Below are positions 55,967 to 64,000 of a DNA stretch of 64,000 nucleotides, in pieces; position 1 is the first letter of the stretch, and every line of letters starts with the position of its first letter. Origin of the DNA: Octopus vulgaris (taxonomy: Eukaryota); assembly GCA_951406725.2 (NCBI GenBank), contig OX597817.1, forward strand, positions 138,446,001 through 138,510,000, in the 5' to 3' direction. Under the pieces are notes generated by a model. The model was not told the origin of the DNA and did not search any database. It saw only the letters and a list, made by a program, of their open reading frames with translations. A program made the translations under genes and the position numbers.

Positions 55967-56580
55967 AGGCGGCGAGCTGGCAGAAACGTTAGCATGGCCG
56001 GCGAAATGCTTAGCGGTATTTCGTCTGCCCTTACGTTCTGAGTTCAAATTTCGCCGAGGTCGACTTTGCCTTTCATCCTTTCGGGGTCGATTAAATAAGT
56101 ACCAGATACGCACAAGGGTCGATATAATCGACTTAATCCGTTTGTCTGTCCTTGTTTGTCCTCTCTGTGTTTAGCCCCTTGTGGGTAGCAAAGAAATAGG
56201 TATTTCGTCTGTCTTAACGTTCTGAGTTCAAATTCCGCCGAGGTCGACTTTGCTTTTCATCCTTTCGGGGTCGATTAAATAAGTACCATTTACGCACTGG
56301 GGTCGATATAATTGATTTAATCTGTTCTGTTTGTCTGTTCTTGTTCACCCCTCTGTGTGTAGCCCCTTGTGGGCAGTAAAGAAATAAAAAAACGTTAGCA
56401 CGCCGGACGAGATGCTTAGCGGTATTTCGTCTGTCTTTACGTTCTGAGTTCAAATTCCGCTGAGGTCGACTTTGCCTTTCATCCTTTCGGGGTCGATTAA
56501 ATAAGTACTAGTTGCGTACTGAGGGTCGATCTAATTGACTTCCCTCTCTCCCCAAATTTCAGCCTTGTGCCTAGAATAGA
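55967..56580 (+). mobile_element. Head-to-tail trimer of SINE family C
   Basis: Units at about 55967-56197, 56198-56386 and 56389-56580; the second and third are 5'-truncated. Confidence 0.85.
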
Positions 56581-56870
56581 AAAGGATATTTTGTACTCTT
56601 TTATTTCTGTGCTTGTAAATATCTTTCCAGGTCACGCAGGTAACATTCAACAAATGATTTTGCTAGATAGTGGCGCGCCTCGATGGAGAGGTCGTGCCTC
56701 TCAAACTGTCTCTAATTCATAAGTGGAATGTGGGATTTGATTACATTTGAGATCAAAATAATTTGAGTCGAAGAAATGAGATTTACCAAAGTTTGGTCTC
56801 ACAGAACCTTGATAATTCTACTTACAGAGAAGAAAAAAATCAGACATTTCGTTGTTTTAGAAAAAAAAAC

Positions 56871-56908
<38 letters not shown>

Positions 56909-58086
56909 TCTCTTTGAGCCTCTTATTCACGCACATACACACACTCATACATTTACATACACATACATTCTCTCTCTCTCTTGCTCACAAACATACACTT
57001 CATTCACTCACATGTTGGAATCTATATCATTGTAAACAGAAACTTTCGACACTCAGAACTGAAGACAAACCATACACAGTAAAAGAATGAATATAAGAAG
57101 GAAGGGAAGTGAGAAATAGGTAAGAAAACAAAGGGGTGAGAGACCGAACATAACAAGATGGTTCCCTTTTAGAGATGAAGAGTGAAGAATAGTGGAAAAT
57201 ATAACATTTTTTGCTCTTTTCTTGGCAACATTATTTTTAGTGCATGTGTCTTATTTGGGCAGTTGGCTACACTCCTACTTTGGACAATGTGCGCGCGCGC
57301 GTGTGTGTGTAAGTGGAAGACTTCTATAAATGGCTGAAGATTGCTCTACATTTTAAAACTGATGTAATACTTACAATGTTTAATAAAATGAAGTAGCATG
57401 AAACGATTGTACCAAATTACCTAAGATATACTTGTTGCTTATTTTGATTATATATATATATATATGTATGTATGTATGTAATGTAGTTATTAACGTGGGG
57501 TCAAACGCTTCTGGTTCACTAATACCATTTTCTCTCCTTACAGTAGCTACATGTTGAAGGATTCCATCAAATTTGGTTTAAAAGTGAACGATGGAAGCGA
57601 CAAAGATAAATAAAACACAATATTGTGAAGCGCTATGTTTGCACAACCAATTCTAAATATATTTAATAATTCATGTTTTCTTCTATGTCTGTCTACCTCC
57701 ATAAAACATGGAAGTTCCTGCAAAATGGAATAAAATTTAATTAATTCTGTTCGTGACTCTCCATATATGGAATATAACAATTTCCATTTATCTTTCGCCC
57801 CGCCTCCTCATTCATTCGTCTACGTCGCCTCTCCTCTTCCGCCACCTCCTCTCTATAATATCCACTCTCTATACGTAATTCTTCATCTTTATTTCAATGA
57901 TTTGCAATTTTCGTTTGAAATAAAGCGAATTCCAGCCTGGAAGTGTACAAGTTTAGATTGAAATTGTAACCAAGCCATACTTTCAGGCTTTTAGGATTGT
58001 GGCTCACTCACTACTTACGAACTAAACATACACGTACATACATACATACATACATACATACATAAATACATACATACATACATACA

Positions 58087-58122
<36 letters not shown>

Positions 58123-58123
58123 C

Positions 58124-58211
<88 letters not shown>

Positions 58212-58215
<4 letters not shown>

Positions 58216-58413
58216 CTTTTATTTGTTTCAGTCATTTGACTGCAGCCATGCTGGAGCACGGCATTTTAGTCGAGCAAATCGACCCCAGGACTTATTCTTT
58301 GTAAGCCTGGTACTTATTCTATCGGTCTCTTTTGCCGAACTGCTATGTTACGGGGATGTAAACATACCAGCATCGGTTGTCAAGCGATGTTGGGGAGACA
58401 AACAGAGGCACAT

Positions 58414-58504
<91 letters not shown>

Positions 58505-58536
58505 GGTTCTTTCAGTTTCCGTCAACCAAATCCACT

Positions 58537-58540
<4 letters not shown>
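58212..58540 (-). mobile_element. SINE family A, 3' part; other minus copies at 53228-53565 and 62935-63310
   Basis: Reverse complement of the family A body and tail. Confidence 0.85.
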
Positions 58541-58579
<39 letters not shown>

Positions 58580-58878
58580 TTATATATAAAATTAAAAAAA
58601 GTGACAACAAAAGAATGAGGCCTCGATATTAGGTAAATAGAGGATATTTATATATGTATAGTTAGAACAATCAGTAAGTCGTCATAATAGTTTCAAATGC
58701 CGGAGCTAAGAGCTACAATATCTATGTGTGGATGTGCTGTGGATGTGTGTGTATGCGTGTGTGCGTGTGTATGTGTACGTGTGTGTGTGCGTGTGTGTTT
58801 GTGTATGTCTTTGTAAGTTTATGTGTGATAGCATGTGAAAATGTGTTTCTTTATCTGTGTATATATGTAACAGTGCGA

Positions 58879-58933
<55 letters not shown>

Positions 58934-59050
58934 TGTGTGTGTGTGCTTGTGTGTGTGTAAGACTTTCGAATTATTGAACATATTCTTCTCCGATTTCTTC
59001 TCCCTCTATCTTTCGCTCGATTCTCCTCTTTGTCTATCTCTGCCTCCTTC

Positions 59051-59127
59051 GTTCTGATGACGTTTACCATTTGCAACGAGGTAAATACATATTTACCTCA
59101 GTATGGTACACAGAAACAGCTGTAAAC
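59051..59127 (+). ncRNA. Type I hammerhead ribozyme with extended stem II
   Basis: gtt-CTGATGA(59054-59060)-..taccat..[gaggtaaat/atttacctc]..atggta..-GAAAC(59113-59117)-AGCT-GTA-aac. Confidence 0.7.
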
Positions 59128-59305
59128 TCACTCTTACCTTCATCTTGCTTAACTAATTAATTAAATAATGGCTTTTTAGCACCAAAGACACTCTTCTCAT
59201 TGTTGTTTTTCCCCATTTTCTTATCGTGTATGTATATGACCGCGTGTGTACCGTTGGCGATTTTTTCCCTCCGTCTTCCCTTCCTTGGATCTTTCCTTTT
59301 CCTGT

Positions 59306-59340
59306 GTTTCTGACGAAGAGCTCCGCTCGAAACGTTAAAT
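59306..59340 (+). ncRNA. Minimal hammerhead ribozyme
   Basis: gttt-CTGACGA-a-gagc-tcc-gctc-GAAACGTT-aaat. Stem III is reduced to the palindrome ACGT. Confidence 0.65.
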
Positions 59341-59439
59341 CCTCCTTCTTTCTTTCCTTTCCTGAGCGTCTAATAACACTATACTTGTTCCACGACCTCG
59401 CGTTGTTGTGTTTTCTCTTTGTGTATTCATGTTTGGATT

Positions 59440-60059
<620 letters not shown>

Positions 60060-60739
60060 ATGCGTGTGGGTGGGTGTTTCATCGAATGTGTGCAAGTAGA
60101 CGCTGAATATAATGGGATGATATTGGTGCTGCCATCAGTTTAATAAAGCAATTCCTTAAGTGTTCACTCATCACTGTTAGGAACAGCAAAAAACTGTTTT
60201 GAAGGAAAAGTGGCCTATTTAAGTAATTTCCAAATGAGGGGTGCTCCATCATAATAATGCGTCGCAGCACATGGCAAAGGTCACATCTGAAAAGAGAGAA
60301 AAAATTTCAACCGGTAAAATACTTTCACCCGTTCCTTATACATCGCACCTTGCTCCTTTATTACCAACACCGAAGTTTACAGAAATATTTTGATGGACGA
60401 ATTCCTAAAAGAGGAAAAGTGGAAACTACCCGTCTTTACGTTCTTTCTCTCCAAGTGGTATTATTAATTGCTGGAACGACCTCATTAATGGTGATGGTAA
60501 TTATACTAATGAATAACGTAATTGATAATGATGACAAGTGAGTTAATGAATAAACTGAAAGAAAATATGGAATTTAGAGAACTTGTGTTCGAAGAATTTG
60601 GGCGCCACTTATGGATGACCTTATATACACATATGCTCTCACACACGCGTGCACACATGCACACATTCATATATATGTATGTACATATATAAATATAGAT
60701 ACAGACATAGATACTTACACATGTATATACATGTATATA

Positions 60740-61500
60740 TGGTGATTTGCTCCATCTTCACAGATGATTGCTGTCTCTGAGTTTCCTCATTTGTATTCCT
60801 GACTTTCCATCCATGACCTCTCAGATGACTATTCAGTCCTTTTGTGGATCGGCATGATTTTAAACATAGATGACAGGCAAAAGTTCTAACTTCCAGTGGA
60901 TTGATCGGATCACTCTGCAAGATATGACTCCTACAAGATAAGACTCCTGCAAGATATGGCCCCTGCAAGATATGGCCCCTGCAATATATGACCCCTGCAA
61001 GATATGACACCTGCAAGATATGACACCTGCAAGATAATATTCCTGCAAGATATGACCCCTGCAAGATATGAGCCCTGCAAGATATGACCCCTGTGAACTG
61101 CCATATATTTCTCTTCGGACCCAAAATCCATTTGCAAGCCATTTCTCACACTACACACCTCCAATTACCTGGTCCAAGGAGGAAGGACATTGCATACAGT
61201 TGCTCTTTCATGAGACTTCAGATGGTTGACATACCCGGCCTTGGGAAGGAGTGCACGGACAGCGATCTATGTTTTCATTAAGGTTCTAATGACAGCCCCT
61301 CTGAAACCAGCACTTTAGGCTTTCATGCACCGGGTGACCCTCTTTAAAAGATATACAACTTTCACTTATACACTTCCTCCACTCAATTTTTTCCAAACCT
61401 AATTCTTCCCAGTTCTTTACATGGATATGCACTTCTTTTAGGCTGTTTTGTTTAAGACTACCTTGGTTGCTTTTTTGTGATTTATACTAAGGACGCTTTA
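60740..61500 (-). pseudogene. RTE-like LINE 3' end with terminal C2H2 motif
   Basis: Minus ORF end FACHLCLKSCRSTKGLNSHLRGH; upstream sequence is degenerate. Confidence 0.6.
60915..61093. repeat. 16-bp minisatellite (ctgcaagatatgaccc) x 11
   Basis: Counted directly; it lies inside the LINE fragment. Confidence 0.95.
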
Positions 61501-62876
61501 CAGTGCACAGCTCACCATAGAACAACTACTTTGGAACCCTATTATCTTCAATACGCATGAAATCTAAAAGTTTTTGTTCATTCTCTCTCTGTTTATTTCC
61601 TCTTATTCATTTCCGTTGAAGAGCTTAGGCTCGAAACGTAAAAGACTTTTTCATTTTCCCGAGCGTCAAACTAATGCATTTGCTTGTTGTTCATACACCT
61701 GTCTTCGTCTTTTGTTTTTATATAAATTTCAACCATACATACACTCATACATACACACATACGGATTAGCCCATTAGCCCATAACATGTGTTTGAAAAGT
61801 TGAACAATGAAAATCCTTACACACAACAGGAAAGGTTCATGACATTTCCAAAAGATTTAGACATTCTGTCCTCAATAAGTACTAGGCGTTAAAAAAGATC
61901 CTGGGGTCGATCTGTTCGACTAAAACGCTTCAAAGCGGTGCCCCAGCATGGCCACAGACTTATGGCTAAAACAAGTAAAAAGTAAAAGATACATTTTAAA
62001 TATAGTAAGTGAATCAAGTACTTGTTATAAAAATGTTTAAATTCACGTACACGCACGCATACAAACACACACATATGTATATATACATGTATATTCATAT
62101 TCATATGTATGTATATATATTTATGTGAGAAAAGTAAAAGAGCGCGGAGCAAGCGTAACATGGCGACTCATTGAGTAGTCATCCGTAACTAGAGCAGCCC
62201 ATGTGATTGTGAACCCCTACTGGTGAGTACATACGGGTAGGTTAAGGAGTGGGGGAAGATCTATCCAAAGACGGGGGTGGTGCGGTGACAATTGGTTCGG
62301 TGTGGTGGTCGTACTTTCACTTGGTCTGGCACCGTCCAGACCAACAACTTTTGTGTCAGGTGAGACCGTGCCAAAACTCTGGCGTCTCCAGACTGGATTA
62401 CATCTAATGAGAATGGTGTCATTGTTAATGATTTTGGGGGTGGAGTGAGGGCGACGGGGAGGGGGAGGTTATTCGGGTGGTCGAGTAGAAGAAACGAGGC
62501 GGTGGTAGTGGCGGTGGCGGTGATGGTAGTAATGGAGAGAAGGAAGGTCGGGGTGGAGGAGCCGTCAAGGACGTAAGTACAAACTGTAACCGCTCCCGTC
62601 ATGGGGTCGAGAGCACCGTATGAAACGACGGATTAAGTATTTGAAGAAGAAGAAAAAACACAAAAAACCCCAAATAAGTGACATACAACATAGGAATGCA
62701 CACACACGCACACGGATCAAACATACAGACGCACACATACACACATACACATACACACACAGAGGCCTACATACACACGTACAAATATGTGACATATTTC
62801 AGAGCACTTTCAACGTATATGTATGTGTGTATACAAATATATATATATATATATCACATATACATATATATATATA

Positions 62877-62931
<55 letters not shown>

Positions 62932-63389
62932 TTATTCTTTTATTCTTCTACTTGTTTCAATCATTTGACTGAATGGTTTTAGTTGAACAAGTAGACCCCA
63001 GGACTTATTTTTTAAAGCCTTGTATCTATTCTATCAGTTTCTTTTGCCGAACAGCTACGTTACAGGGACGTAAACGCATCAACATCAGTTGTCAAGCGAT
63101 GGGGGGGGGGTTGACAAACACAGACACAAAGACGCACACAAATCTATACATATATAAACGACAGGCTTCTTTCAATTTCCGTCAATCAAATCTACTCACA
63201 AGGCTTTGGTCGTCTCGAGGCTATAGTAGAAGACACTTGCCCAAGGTGCCACGCAGTGGGACTGAACCCGGAACCATGCAGTTGGGAAGTAAGCCTCTTA
63301 CTATACAGTCACACACACACATGTATATATATATATATATATACATATATACATATATACATATATATATATATGTATGTATGTATGTA

Positions 63390-63670
63390 TGTATAAAAAG
63401 AGAAAAAGAGAGAGAGAGGGAGAGAGGGTGACGTGTGTGTGCATGTGTATATTACTAGCCACATTTATATATGTATGTGCGCGTATATATACATACACAC
63501 ACATACACACACACATATATATATATGTGTGTATATATATATATGTATAAAAAGAGAAAAAGAGAGAGAGGGAGAGAGGGAGACGTGTGTGTGCATGTGT
63601 ATATTACTAGCCACATTTATATATGTATGTGCGCGTATATATACATACATACACATACACACATATATAA
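63390..63670. repeat. Tandem duplication of a ~150-bp microsatellite-rich unit
   Basis: gtataaaaagagaaaaagagagagagggagagagg..gtgcatgtgtatattactagccacatttat occurs twice. Confidence 0.85.
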
Positions 63671-63708
63671 ATAGATAGATAGATGGGTATATGTAAATAG
63701 ATAGACAA

Positions 63709-63777
<69 letters not shown>

Positions 63778-64000
63778 CAAACAGATAGACAGACAGACAG
63801 GCAGACAGATAAGTTTCTTTATTGGCCACACAGGGCTGCACACAGATGGGATAAGTTACAAGGTAGAGCTTTTCTTTTGGGGGATGAAGAGAACAAAAAA
63901 CAAAAGAAAAAAAGGGGGGTGGCGTAGGTTTTCGATCAAGAGGGATCGTAAAAGGGAAGAAAAGAACAAAAACAAAAAAAATTGAATAAAATAAAAAGAA

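Overview
This is AT-rich, microsatellite-dense animal genomic DNA, most likely an octopus (inferred from a COI NUMT read in the invertebrate mitochondrial code, octopus-type tRNA-SINE families, and very high (TA)n/(CA)n/(TATG)n content). One long coding exon is well supported: 3558-5821 (+), the terminal exon of an uncharacterised His/Met-rich protein with nine 41-aa (123-bp) repeats. The rest is mostly transposon debris: RTE and R4/Dong-like LINEs, a Penelope-like element with a GIY-YIG remnant, mariner and maT-like transposons, Helitrons, a hAT MITE and many SINEs. The main unannotated signal is about 15 hammerhead-ribozyme (HHR)-like motifs on both strands. They lie in short Penelope-type terminal repeats beside or inside microsatellites, often as inverted pairs, and include branched stem-II forms and a compensatory G3-C8 core variant. 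Most supplied ORFs are microsatellite artefacts. Everything was read by eye, and boundaries of degenerate repeats are approximate.
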